IMG/VR virus record: IMGVR_UViG_3300047471_000949
Source: a virus
Taxonomy: Duplodnaviria > Heunggongvirae > Uroviricota > Caudoviricetes
DNA: 64,000 nt
Direction: 5' to 3' (one strand)
A program made the translations under genes and the position numbers. The number at the start of each line of letters is the position of its first letter. Position 1 is the first letter of the stretch. Of this stretch, positions 45,608 to 53,013 are shown piece by piece. Under the pieces are notes generated by a model that was not told the DNA's origin, did no database searches, and saw only the letters and a program-made list of their open reading frames with translations.

Positions 45608-45967
45608 ATGGCTTACCGACACGAAATCTCTAACTCCGACGACGTCATTGATTCCCGTGATGTGATTGCGCGAATTGATGAACTCGAAAACGATGAAAAT
45701 CTCGATCTAGTCGAAGTCGCTGAACTGGATGCACTGAAGGCGCTGGCTGAGGAAGCCGAGCAATATGCAGAAGACTGGAGTTATGGCTCAACCCTAATTC
45801 GCGATTCCTACTTTACCGACTACGCCGAGGAACTCTGTAAAGACATTGGCCAATTGCCAAGAGACATTCCAGACTATATCGTAATCGACTGGGAAGCCAC
45901 TGCCGAAAATCTCAAGGCCGACTACACTTCCGTTGACTTCGACGGCGTCGAATATTGGGTGAGATAA
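45608..45967 (+). CDS. hypothetical acidic protein
   Basis: 119 aa, Asp/Glu-rich. Confidence 0.35.
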   Translation: MAYRHEISNSDDVIDSRDVIARIDELENDENLDLVEVAELDALKALAEEAEQYAEDWSYGSTLIRDSYFTDYAEELCKDIGQLPRDIPDYIVIDWEATAENLKADYTSVDFDGVEYWVR

Positions 45968-46302
45968 TGAAACTCACTGTTCACAAAGTAGTCGCACATC
46001 GCAATGGTATCTGTGGCGTTGGCTTCTATGCCGTGTCGTTCTCCTATGTCGAGAACGGCAAATACCGTAATGCTATCGCGACCGTCTCGTATGACGATCT
46101 AGAAGCCAAGTTTGCTAAAGAGCCACACGATCCGCAAACACGCGTCCTGATGTTCCGCGAGGACAATACCGGACTTGATATCGAGGAGACTATGCGTGGC
46201 GATCACTTCCACAACGATCTATGCAAGTATCTGATAAAGTGGCGTGACGTCGAATGGAAAAGATTAACACGTCCATCACCGGAACTAAAGGAAGCTTTAT
46301 AA
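45955..46302 (+). CDS. hypothetical protein
   Basis: 115-aa ORF. Confidence 0.35.
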   Translation: MGEIMKLTVHKVVAHRNGICGVGFYAVSFSYVENGKYRNAIATVSYDDLEAKFAKEPHDPQTRVLMFREDNTGLDIEETMRGDHFHNDLCKYLIKWRDVEWKRLTRPSPELKEAL

Positions 46303-46308
46303 AAGTTC

Positions 46309-46337
46309 TTGACATATCGTCCGGACTTTGATATGAT
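46309..46337 (+). promoter_or_regulatory. sigma70-type early promoter (TTGACA-N17-TGaTATGAT)
   Basis: Extended -10; an AAGGAGAAACC RBS and the ATG at 46362 follow. Confidence 0.5.
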
Positions 46338-46361
46338 AAGAAAATGAACAAGGAGAAACCG

Positions 46362-46562
46362 ATGTTTGCAAAACGTCACTATGAGGCGATCGCTGAGGTT
46401 ATTCAGACCATCGCAACTGATAACGACAAGCTGGACGGACTGCGGCGGGACGTGATTACTCGCAAGTTTGCCGAGTTGTTCGCCCGTGATAATGGACAGT
46501 TCCATTGGGATCGTTTCCTCCGCGCCTGCCGTCCCGGCGCCAACGTAAGAGCAAAATCATGA
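46362..46562 (+). CDS. hypothetical small protein
   Basis: ATG at 46362 with a strong RBS (the track starts at 46344). Confidence 0.35.
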   Translation: MFAKRHYEAIAEVIQTIATDNDKLDGLRRDVITRKFAELFARDNGQFHWDRFLRACRPGANVRAKS

Positions 46563-46741
46563 AAACCAAGACCATCACTTTCGGCTTTATCCACAAGTTG
46601 GGTAAGGATTACTACGATGTTCAAAAAGTAACCGACAGCGTTCGATTCCATCCCGGCGACAAATTGACCTCTGGTCAAGTCGAGGACTTGTGTATTGACC
46701 GGAACTGGCGAGTTACCATTGTTCCATCCAAGAGAGGCTAA
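46559..46741 (+). CDS. hypothetical small protein
   Basis: ATGA-coupled start at 46559. Confidence 0.35.
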   Translation: MKTKTITFGFIHKLGKDYYDVQKVTDSVRFHPGDKLTSGQVEDLCIDRNWRVTIVPSKRG

Positions 46742-46744
46742 TCA

Positions 46745-46939
46745 ATGCGAAAGATCGATATCGTCCTAAAGAACAGCGCTGGTTCTGAACTAGCGCGAGA
46801 ATCCGCCGTTGTGTATGAACACGACCACGGCGTCGAAGACGAATCCGACAAGATTCGGCAACGCCTGATCGCCTGTCTGCAAGACGACGGCTGGCGACTG
46901 TTACCCGGTGACACCCTCGAATTCGTGGAGCAAGACTAA
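46745..46939 (+). CDS. hypothetical small protein
   Basis: 64-aa ORF. Confidence 0.35.
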   Translation: MRKIDIVLKNSAGSELARESAVVYEHDHGVEDESDKIRQRLIACLQDDGWRLLPGDTLEFVEQD

Positions 46940-47184
46940 TGCGCGAAGAATCATTTTCGGTGTTATGGGGCAGTGAAATGCACGGCCGAGCCACCGAAGA
47001 GTTCCAACCTTATCTGACAAATAAAGATGCAAAACGCGAACGCGATATGCGCTATTATCTCCTGAAAAGTCAGGGTAAAAGAATCAAGCGCTCAATCCTC
47101 AAAGGACAGCTGCGACAATACTGGTCGTTCGGTGTTCCGTGTGGCAGGAGTTGCGACGTCTACAACCTCACCTATATGGAGTGA
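46939..47184 (+). CDS. hypothetical small protein
   Basis: 81-aa ORF. Confidence 0.35.
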   Translation: MREESFSVLWGSEMHGRATEEFQPYLTNKDAKRERDMRYYLLKSQGKRIKRSILKGQLRQYWSFGVPCGRSCDVYNLTYME

Positions 47185-47186
47185 AT

Positions 47187-47423
47187 ATGACCAATAAAGA
47201 AATCTTCAGTGAAGCTTATCGCCGCAATCTGGAGCGAGCAGCTCAAAGTCGACCCGACCAGTATGGTTTTATCGTGGGTCACGTCAACGAAACAGCCGAC
47301 AGAATGTTAGCAGCCGTTGAACGACGAACCTACAATAAAGACGGTTTCGCCTTCAAGTGGACTTGCAAGGAACTCGGGATCAAATACACCTACACCGCAA
47401 TCAACAACTTCTGGAGGTCGTGA
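47187..47423 (+). CDS. hypothetical small protein
   Basis: ATG at 47187 just after the upstream stop. Confidence 0.35.
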   Translation: MTNKEIFSEAYRRNLERAAQSRPDQYGFIVGHVNETADRMLAAVERRTYNKDGFAFKWTCKELGIKYTYTAINNFWRS

Positions 47424-47629
47424 TGGGAAGATTTTTTCTCGTCCTTCTCCTGTTCGTGATCGGAATGGCATATTTCTCAGCGAACGGTGGAGGTCCTTGG
47501 GCTCTTGTCGCAAGTATGCTCGCACTAAAACTACTAATCGTTTGCATTCCTGTTATGATTGTAATCTGGATTATCAAATGCATCGTCCGGAGTTGTGTCA
47601 GAACCGCAAAAAACGAATGGAGAGACTAA
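47423..47629 (+). CDS. small membrane protein (2 TM helices)
   Basis: MGRFFLVLLLFVIGMAYF... and LLIVCIPVMIVIWII hydrophobic segments; ATGA-coupled. Confidence 0.4.
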   Translation: MGRFFLVLLLFVIGMAYFSANGGGPWALVASMLALKLLIVCIPVMIVIWIIKCIVRSCVRTAKNEWRD

Positions 47630-47630
47630 A

Positions 47631-48005
47631 ATGATGAAAGCTGGAAAATACTACATTGGCGACTTATGCTATGTTATGCACGACCAATGGGATGAGTTCT
47701 GTGATATCACAATTGATGATCGTGTCTGTAAAGAAGGCGAGTTTCGGCTAAAAAACGGAACCAACTTCGCAACATATGGCACGCAATATGGCGACGGCAC
47801 TTTTTACGACCAAAACAAGTATGAGTATGGCGTAGATGCTGGCTTGCTTGGTTGTATTCGTGTTGAGGATATCGATGACCCTGAAGGCATTGAACGAATG
47901 GAAGAACTAGGTCACGTTTACACCTTCGACCGACCGTTTCGAACTGGTCGAACGTCGGATGGCACGATCTATTTCGGGCACGTGAGAATTCCAACTGGAG
48001 AATAA
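47631..48005 (+). CDS. hypothetical protein
   Basis: ATG at 47631 immediately after the upstream stop. Confidence 0.35.
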   Translation: MMKAGKYYIGDLCYVMHDQWDEFCDITIDDRVCKEGEFRLKNGTNFATYGTQYGDGTFYDQNKYEYGVDAGLLGCIRVEDIDDPEGIERMEELGHVYTFDRPFRTGRTSDGTIYFGHVRIPTGE

Positions 48006-48006
48006 G

Positions 48007-48198
48007 ATGAAAAATATTCGCACTTATACTATTAGCCCGTGGAGCGTAGATGACTTCGATCCAATGACGTTCTGTCGCGAACTAATGGCAGCGGGATTTA
48101 CCTTCGACCATATCGGTTGTCCGTTCAAAATCACAAAGCCGTGGGATCGTCGTGAACTGGATGACGGCACTGCCATCTATCGTCAGTGGGATGAATAA
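48007..48198 (+). CDS. hypothetical small protein
   Basis: 63-aa ORF. Confidence 0.35.
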   Translation: MKNIRTYTISPWSVDDFDPMTFCRELMAAGFTFDHIGCPFKITKPWDRRELDDGTAIYRQWDE

Positions 48199-48204
48199 CA
48201 GTCC

Positions 48205-48232
48205 TTGACAACACCGATCAATCTGATATAAT
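48205..48232 (+). promoter_or_regulatory. sigma70-type early promoter (TTGACA-N16-TGaTATAAT)
   Basis: Consensus -35, extended consensus -10, AAGGAG RBS, ATG at 48251. Confidence 0.6.
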
Positions 48233-48250
48233 AAAATAAAGGAGACTAAA

Positions 48251-48721
48251 ATGGGAACTCGTAGCGATATCATCGTGCATCGTGCGGATGGAAAATGGGC
48301 AATGATTTACTGTCATTGGGATGGTTATTTCGATCATAATGGCGTGATTCTAGCCAAGCATTATGCTTCTCAAAAGAAAGCTGAAAAACTGGTAGCACCT
48401 GGCGATATGTCGTCGTTGGGACCAAAATGCTCCAAGCCGAAAGGACATACATTCGACAAACCTGTGAAGGGCTATACTGTTTATTATGGCCGGGATAGAG
48501 GTGAGAAGGGCGTAGATGCCACGGTTGGCGAAACTCTTTCTGACGTCTGGCCAGGCAGTGATTCTTGGACTGAGTTTACTTATGTGTGGACTGATGAAGC
48601 TTGGTGGGTTGGTGATCCTGAAGGATCACAAACACTTATTCTCTTGTCTGATGCACTGGAAGGCAAAAAGACAATCCATCCCGCAATCAAAGCATTCGGA
48701 ATGGTTCTAGGACACCACTAA
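48251..48721 (+). CDS. hypothetical protein
   Basis: 156-aa ORF behind a near-consensus promoter. Confidence 0.4.
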   Translation: MGTRSDIIVHRADGKWAMIYCHWDGYFDHNGVILAKHYASQKKAEKLVAPGDMSSLGPKCSKPKGHTFDKPVKGYTVYYGRDRGEKGVDATVGETLSDVWPGSDSWTEFTYVWTDEAWWVGDPEGSQTLILLSDALEGKKTIHPAIKAFGMVLGHH

Positions 48722-48722
48722 A

Positions 48723-48932
48723 ATGACCCAAGACCCAAAAACTAGACCTTTTACCAGGCTCGCTGCTGAAATGATCGGCGGCCTCGAATCACTGGATAAA
48801 GGCGACTGCCCACTCTGTCACGGACCAATCACTGAATTCCGTGATAGATTGTCGAAAAAAGAGTTCGGTATTTCTGGAATGTGCCAGAACTGCCAGGATT
48901 CAGTATTCGGAACCCACCAGAACGTGCTATGA
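48723..48932 (+). CDS. small zinc-ribbon protein
   Basis: CPLCHG ... CQNCQDS Cys pairs. Confidence 0.35.
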   Translation: MTQDPKTRPFTRLAAEMIGGLESLDKGDCPLCHGPITEFRDRLSKKEFGISGMCQNCQDSVFGTHQNVL

Positions 48933-49147
48933 CCGAACATATGACAAAAACCGAACTTCACGCGCTTGATAAAAAACTTGCGATTACTGCTGAACGAATG
49001 CAGATCGCAAATCATCTAGAAACAGTTGCAAAGGAGTTACTACATAATAAAGAATCTGATGCAGTAGATGGCTATGTTGCAGCAGCTCTAATAGAAATAG
49101 CCAAAGTAATCCGAACAGGAGGTCACTATGACGGACTCACAATCTAA
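48929..49147 (+). CDS. hypothetical small protein
   Basis: ATGA-coupled start at 48929. Confidence 0.35.
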   Translation: MTEHMTKTELHALDKKLAITAERMQIANHLETVAKELLHNKESDAVDGYVAAALIEIAKVIRTGGHYDGLTI

Positions 49148-49343
49148 GGTAAAATATCCAAACATCAAAGTAAAGCTGGTAGGCGAAGACGGCAATGCCT
49201 TTGCTATCCTTGGTGCAGTTAAGAATGCAATGCGAAGGGGAAAAGCTTCTGACGAAGACATCCAAGCTTTTCTAGCCGAGGCAATGAGCGGAGATTACAA
49301 CCATTTACTGCAAACTTGTATGAGATTTGTTGTTGTCGCTTGA
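49128..49343 (+). CDS. hypothetical small protein
   Basis: 71-aa ORF; its stop TGA lies inside the next promoter's -35. Confidence 0.35.
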   Translation: MTDSQSKVKYPNIKVKLVGEDGNAFAILGAVKNAMRRGKASDEDIQAFLAEAMSGDYNHLLQTCMRFVVVA

Positions 49344-49368
49344 CATCTGTTTGATGTTGGTGTAATAT
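49340..49368 (+). promoter_or_regulatory. sigma70-type early promoter (TTGACA-N17-TAATAT)
   Basis: Upstream of the 49423 gene; overlaps the upstream gene's terminator hairpin. Confidence 0.5.
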
Positions 49369-49373
49369 GAAGG

Positions 49374-49400
49374 AGTTGTCCTAAGGGACAACTCTTTTTT
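49374..49400 (+). terminator. rho-independent terminator hairpin
   Basis: AGTTGTCC-TAAG-GGACAACT followed by CTTTTTT; sits between the promoter -10 and the next ATG. Confidence 0.6.
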
Positions 49401-49422
49401 ATATATTAGGAGACAAATTATT

Positions 49423-49809
49423 ATGACTAAAAATACATGGGATATTGTTGATCCAAAACAATATGCAGAAGTTTTACAACGAGGAATGCGCATTTATCTA
49501 GCTGGACCGATGCGGGGAATTCCAGAATTCAACTTCCCGGCTTTTCACGCTTATGCCAAAGCTTTACGAGAACAAGGCTATGAAGTTTTTTCCCCCGCTG
49601 AAAAAGGTATGGAAAAACACGCAGGCTCGCAATATGAAAACTTAGCTTTTCGTCGAGCAGTATTTTTACTGGATACTGAATATATCTGTAACGAAGCTGA
49701 TGCTGTTGCAATGATGCCTGGCTGGGAGAAAAGTTCCGGAGCCAGAGCAGAAAAAGCTCTTGCTGAAGCTATTGGGCTAAAAGTTATGATATTGGAGGAT
49801 GCTGCATAA
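49423..49809 (+). CDS. nucleoside 2-deoxyribosyltransferase-like protein (second copy, NDT/DUF4406 fold)
   Basis: MRIYLAGPMRGIPEFNF... characteristic YLAGP start, about 128 aa. Confidence 0.5.
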   Translation: MTKNTWDIVDPKQYAEVLQRGMRIYLAGPMRGIPEFNFPAFHAYAKALREQGYEVFSPAEKGMEKHAGSQYENLAFRRAVFLLDTEYICNEADAVAMMPGWEKSSGARAEKALAEAIGLKVMILEDAA

Positions 49810-50222
49810 TGGTAATAGTAGAGGCTTCTCAAGTAAATGGCGGCCTACGTTATGATAGCGGAAAAAACCGCCTCGATCTAATCCCTCCAGAATGGGACTG
49901 GGCATTAGGCTTAGTCCTGACCAAGGGCGCCGAGAAATACGCGGTGCGTAATTGGGAAAAAGGTATGGACTGGAGCAAGGTGCTTGGTCCTATGCGTCGT
50001 CATATCGACAAATTTCTGACCGGAGAACAATATGATATAGGAACCCCTGAAGAACCAGGAACGGGTTGCCATCACCTCGCAATGGTGGCCTGGAATGCCC
50101 TTGCTCTTATGTCTTATGATATTCGAGGAATTGGCACAAACGATATCGTTACAGGAGATATGAAATGGCTAGAAAAATGTTCGACCAAGACTACGTCAAC
50201 ACAGTTGCCGGACACAAAGTAA
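49809..50222 (+). CDS. hypothetical protein
   Basis: 137-aa ORF. Confidence 0.35.
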   Translation: MVIVEASQVNGGLRYDSGKNRLDLIPPEWDWALGLVLTKGAEKYAVRNWEKGMDWSKVLGPMRRHIDKFLTGEQYDIGTPEEPGTGCHHLAMVAWNALALMSYDIRGIGTNDIVTGDMKWLEKCSTKTTSTQLPDTK

Positions 50223-50401
50223 GCGAAGACGAGGCCTGGGAGTTTATTAGGGGACTTGAACAGTTCCTCTCGGTGTCCTATGATAACGTCGATAATGACG
50301 GCTTTCTCGTCGGAAAGAAATCCAAGTTCAATTCAATAAAGGCGGCAAAGGAGTTTATTCGAAGACTTCAATCCCCTACAAAACCCATCATCGAAGAATA
50401 A
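50165..50401 (+). CDS. hypothetical protein
   Basis: 78-aa ORF (possible later start at 50177). Confidence 0.3.
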   Translation: MARKMFDQDYVNTVAGHKVSEDEAWEFIRGLEQFLSVSYDNVDNDGFLVGKKSKFNSIKAAKEFIRRLQSPTKPIIEE

Positions 50402-50412
50402 AGGAAAATAAA

Positions 50413-50517
50413 ATGCCATTTGATCCCAAATGCCCGAATTGTGGCAAGCCAAATCCAGATAAAACTGGAAGACTAAATCCGTTCAGGTGTGATTGCGTAA
50501 TAAAGAAAGGAAAATAA
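50413..50517 (+). CDS. mini zinc-ribbon protein (34 aa)
   Basis: MPFDPKCPNCGKPNPDKTGRLNPFRCDCVIKKGK; RBS AAGGAAAATAAA; not in the track. Confidence 0.3.
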   Translation: MPFDPKCPNCGKPNPDKTGRLNPFRCDCVIKKGK

Positions 50518-50520
50518 AAT

Positions 50521-51852
50521 ATGTTTGGAACAGTTGCTTTAGTAATCCTGGGCTTAGTTGCCTGGGCGATAATCTCAGTGCTTTTAGCAATGTCCTTTCG
50601 GACAGTTGTTAAGACCAATGAAGTTCACACCGTTCAAACCAGACGAAAAACAGTCGCCTATGGAAAAGATCAAGCCGCTGGCAACGTCTACTATGCTTGG
50701 CCGGCCTGGTTGCCCCGAATTGGTATTAGAGTAATCGTTCTGCCGGTGTCGGTATTCGACGCACGACTAAACGATTATCCTGCCTACGATCAAGATCGAG
50801 TTCCGTTCGTTCTGGATATTATGGCATTCTTTCGCATTGACGAACCTAGCACTGCTGCACAGCGCGTTAGTTCGTTTCAAGAACTGAAGCAACAACTTGA
50901 CGGTATTCTACAAGGCGCCACGCGTTCGATCTTGGCTCAAGCTCCCATCAATGAAATCCTGCAAGAACGGGCCAAATACGGCAAGATGTTTACTGATGCC
51001 ACAACACTTCAACTTAAATCGTGGGGCGTTGTCAATGTCAAGAACATCGAATTGATGGACATTCGCGACACGCAAGGCTCTGCTTCCATCAAAAATATTA
51101 TGGCAAAAAAGCAGTCATTTATTGAAATGGAAAGCCGCACTGAAGTTGCAAAAAATCAGCAAGCTGCTAATACTGCTGAAATCAATGCAAAACGACAAGT
51201 TCTTGTCTGTCAACAAGAGGCTGAACAAGCTGTTGGTATTCAGACTGCTACAAAAACACAAGCTGTTGGTATTGCTGATCAGACTGCCGCACAACAGATC
51301 AAAGTGCAGGAAGCAGTAACGGCCGAAAAGGCAATGGCTGTGACGCGTGTTAATCAAGTGAAGCAGGCGGAAATTACTCGTGACGCAAAAGTTGTTCAGG
51401 CTGAACAGGAAAAACAAGTAGCAATACGAGAAGCCGAAGGACGATTAGGGGCCGCACAAAACGACGCACAAGCCATCGAAGTTCAAGGCAAAGCAAAAGG
51501 TGCTGCGGAACAAGCAGTTCTTATGGCCCCCGTCAACTCACAAATTGCTTTGGCGAAAGAAATCGGCACCAACGAGAACTACCAACACTATCTCGTTACC
51601 GTTCGCCAAATCGAGGCCAATCAGGTTGTTGGTATTGAACAGGCCAAAGCACTCGAAGCAGCCCACATCAAGGTTATTGCCAACTCAACGGCAGGACCCG
51701 TTGATGGTGTCAAATCAGTGATGGACTTGTTTACCCCGAAGGGCGGCACGCAAGTTGGTGCTGCTTTGGAAGCCTTCAAGAATACTGAAGCCGGCGACGA
51801 GTTTATCCGACGTATCACCGGTAGCAACGGCAAAGACGCTAATGTAGGATAA
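50521..51852 (+). CDS. SPFH/band-7 (flotillin/YqiK-like) membrane protein
   Basis: N-terminal TM helix VALVILGLVAWAIISVLLAM; SPFH-like core; long Ala/Gln/Glu/Lys-rich coiled coil as in bacterial flotillins. Confidence 0.55.
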   Translation: MFGTVALVILGLVAWAIISVLLAMSFRTVVKTNEVHTVQTRRKTVAYGKDQAAGNVYYAWPAWLPRIGIRVIVLPVSVFDARLNDYPAYDQDRVPFVLDIMAFFRIDEPSTAAQRVSSFQELKQQLDGILQGATRSILAQAPINEILQERAKYGKMFTDATTLQLKSWGVVNVKNIELMDIRDTQGSASIKNIMAKKQSFIEMESRTEVAKNQQAANTAEINAKRQVLVCQQEAEQAVGIQTATKTQAVGIADQTAAQQIKVQEAVTAEKAMAVTRVNQVKQAEITRDAKVVQAEQEKQVAIREAEGRLGAAQNDAQAIEVQGKAKGAAEQAVLMAPVNSQIALAKEIGTNENYQHYLVTVRQIEANQVVGIEQAKALEAAHIKVIANSTAGPVDGVKSVMDLFTPKGGTQVGAALEAFKNTEAGDEFIRRITGSNGKDANVG

Positions 51853-51853
51853 A

Positions 51854-52021
51854 ATGCCAATAACAGTTAATTATAAATTAGGACACGGCAAACACTGGTT
51901 TCAGATACAACAGCTTGCAACCTTTGACGAAGCGTGGCAAGCAGCATACAACGTAATATGCAAAGAATGTGTGAATAAGGAAACCAACACAATCGAACTG
52001 AAGTTCAGAAAGGTAGAATAA
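51854..52021 (+). CDS. hypothetical small protein (55 aa)
   Basis: MPITVNYKLGHGKHWFQIQQL...; not in the track. Confidence 0.3.
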   Translation: MPITVNYKLGHGKHWFQIQQLATFDEAWQAAYNVICKECVNKETNTIELKFRKVE

Positions 52022-52022
52022 A

Positions 52023-52187
52023 ATGGCAACTACTTATTATCCACCGGACCCTTATCAAGGTTGGTATAATCCAAATCCTTGCAGTAATTGGCCCGCGTCT
52101 AGAATTATGACGGATACGTCTTCATCTGTCAGAATGGTAGCAAACTATGGCTCAATACGAGTTTATACAACCAATAATCAGGGATAA
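52023..52187 (+). CDS. hypothetical small protein (54 aa)
   Basis: MATTYYPPDPYQGWYNPNPCSNWPAS...; not in the track. Confidence 0.3.
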   Translation: MATTYYPPDPYQGWYNPNPCSNWPASRIMTDTSSSVRMVANYGSIRVYTTNNQG

Positions 52188-52190
52188 GTT

Positions 52191-52406
52191 ATGAAACTAT
52201 ATCCTGCCATCCAAATACCAGTAGGACAATGGAGATTTTTTCCTGAAGCAATGGTTGCCCAAAACATGCATAATGGAAACTGGGCAACATTCCATCGCTC
52301 CGAGAATGGCTGGATTGTACACTGTATTAATTGCCCAGCCCAATGGATGTTAAAAGAGTTAGCTGAATGGTTCGGAAAATGGATCACAGGAAAGGTAGAT
52401 AAATAA
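52191..52406 (+). CDS. hypothetical small protein
   Basis: 71-aa ORF. Confidence 0.35.
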   Translation: MKLYPAIQIPVGQWRFFPEAMVAQNMHNGNWATFHRSENGWIVHCINCPAQWMLKELAEWFGKWITGKVDK

Positions 52407-52424
52407 ATACAACAGGAGCAACCA

Positions 52425-52655
52425 ATGATTCCTTTAGAATTGGCAAAGGAACTTCACGCAGTTCCAGAAAGTATTGTTAGAGAATACGCCGACCATTTCG
52501 GGGTAGTAGAAGGCAAGAAAAATAGCTTTATGAAACTTTTGGATGCTGCAGCCATTTTCCGAATAGCAGGAACTAAACCCATATTTTTATCAACAAAAGA
52601 TGGGATGGGTTATGCTGTATCTTCGGAAGCCACCTTTATGAAAAAATTACATTAA
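52425..52655 (+). CDS. hypothetical small protein
   Basis: 76-aa ORF. Confidence 0.35.
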   Translation: MIPLELAKELHAVPESIVREYADHFGVVEGKKNSFMKLLDAAAIFRIAGTKPIFLSTKDGMGYAVSSEATFMKKLH

Positions 52656-52864
52656 TGACCTTTATAATGAAGAAAGAATATATGAGAGTGGTTTTTAGCC
52701 TTGCTAGGGCCGTAGATCACCTAAATGAACTGGCCGCGCAAGGCTGGCGGATCATTAATATACATGAAACTAATTCAAACGTTTATGCCTGGCTGGAATG
52801 TGATATAGCCGAAAAAGAATTACTGAAGGAAGAATATCGAAGTATAGCAGATATTACAGCTTAA
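52655..52864 (+). CDS. hypothetical small protein
   Basis: 69-aa ORF. Confidence 0.35.
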   Translation: MTFIMKKEYMRVVFSLARAVDHLNELAAQGWRIINIHETNSNVYAWLECDIAEKELLKEEYRSIADITA

Positions 52865-52945
52865 GAATACTCATACGCAGGCTGTGCCAGCGCAGCGGCT
52901 GCGTAAACCTCGGACCTGTGCGCTGACCAGAGAAACCGAGGCGAG

Positions 52946-52977
52946 CCGGAGGGATAATTCCCCTCCGGCGTTTTATT
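52946..52977 (+). terminator. rho-independent terminator closing the small-gene array
   Basis: CCGGAGGG-ATAATTC-CCCTCCGG hairpin followed by CGTTTTATT; preceded by an unusually GC-rich 80-nt segment. Confidence 0.7.
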
Positions 52978-52978
52978 C

Positions 52979-53007
52979 TTGACATCCCTCAACATCTCCG
53001 ATAAAAT
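52979..53007 (+). promoter_or_regulatory. sigma70-type early promoter (TTGACA-N17-TAAAAT)
   Basis: Immediately after the terminator; the -10 ends 6 nt before the gp43 ATG (near-leaderless). Confidence 0.5.
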
Positions 53008-53013
53008 ATCTCA

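Noticed and set aside
49374-49400. Hairpin plus T-run between a promoter -10 and its gene, considered as a transcriptional attenuator or riboswitch
   Set aside because: More simply explained as the terminator of the upstream gene overlapping the next promoter. A transcript from the 49340 promoter would start inside the hairpin. Kept as a terminator feature only.
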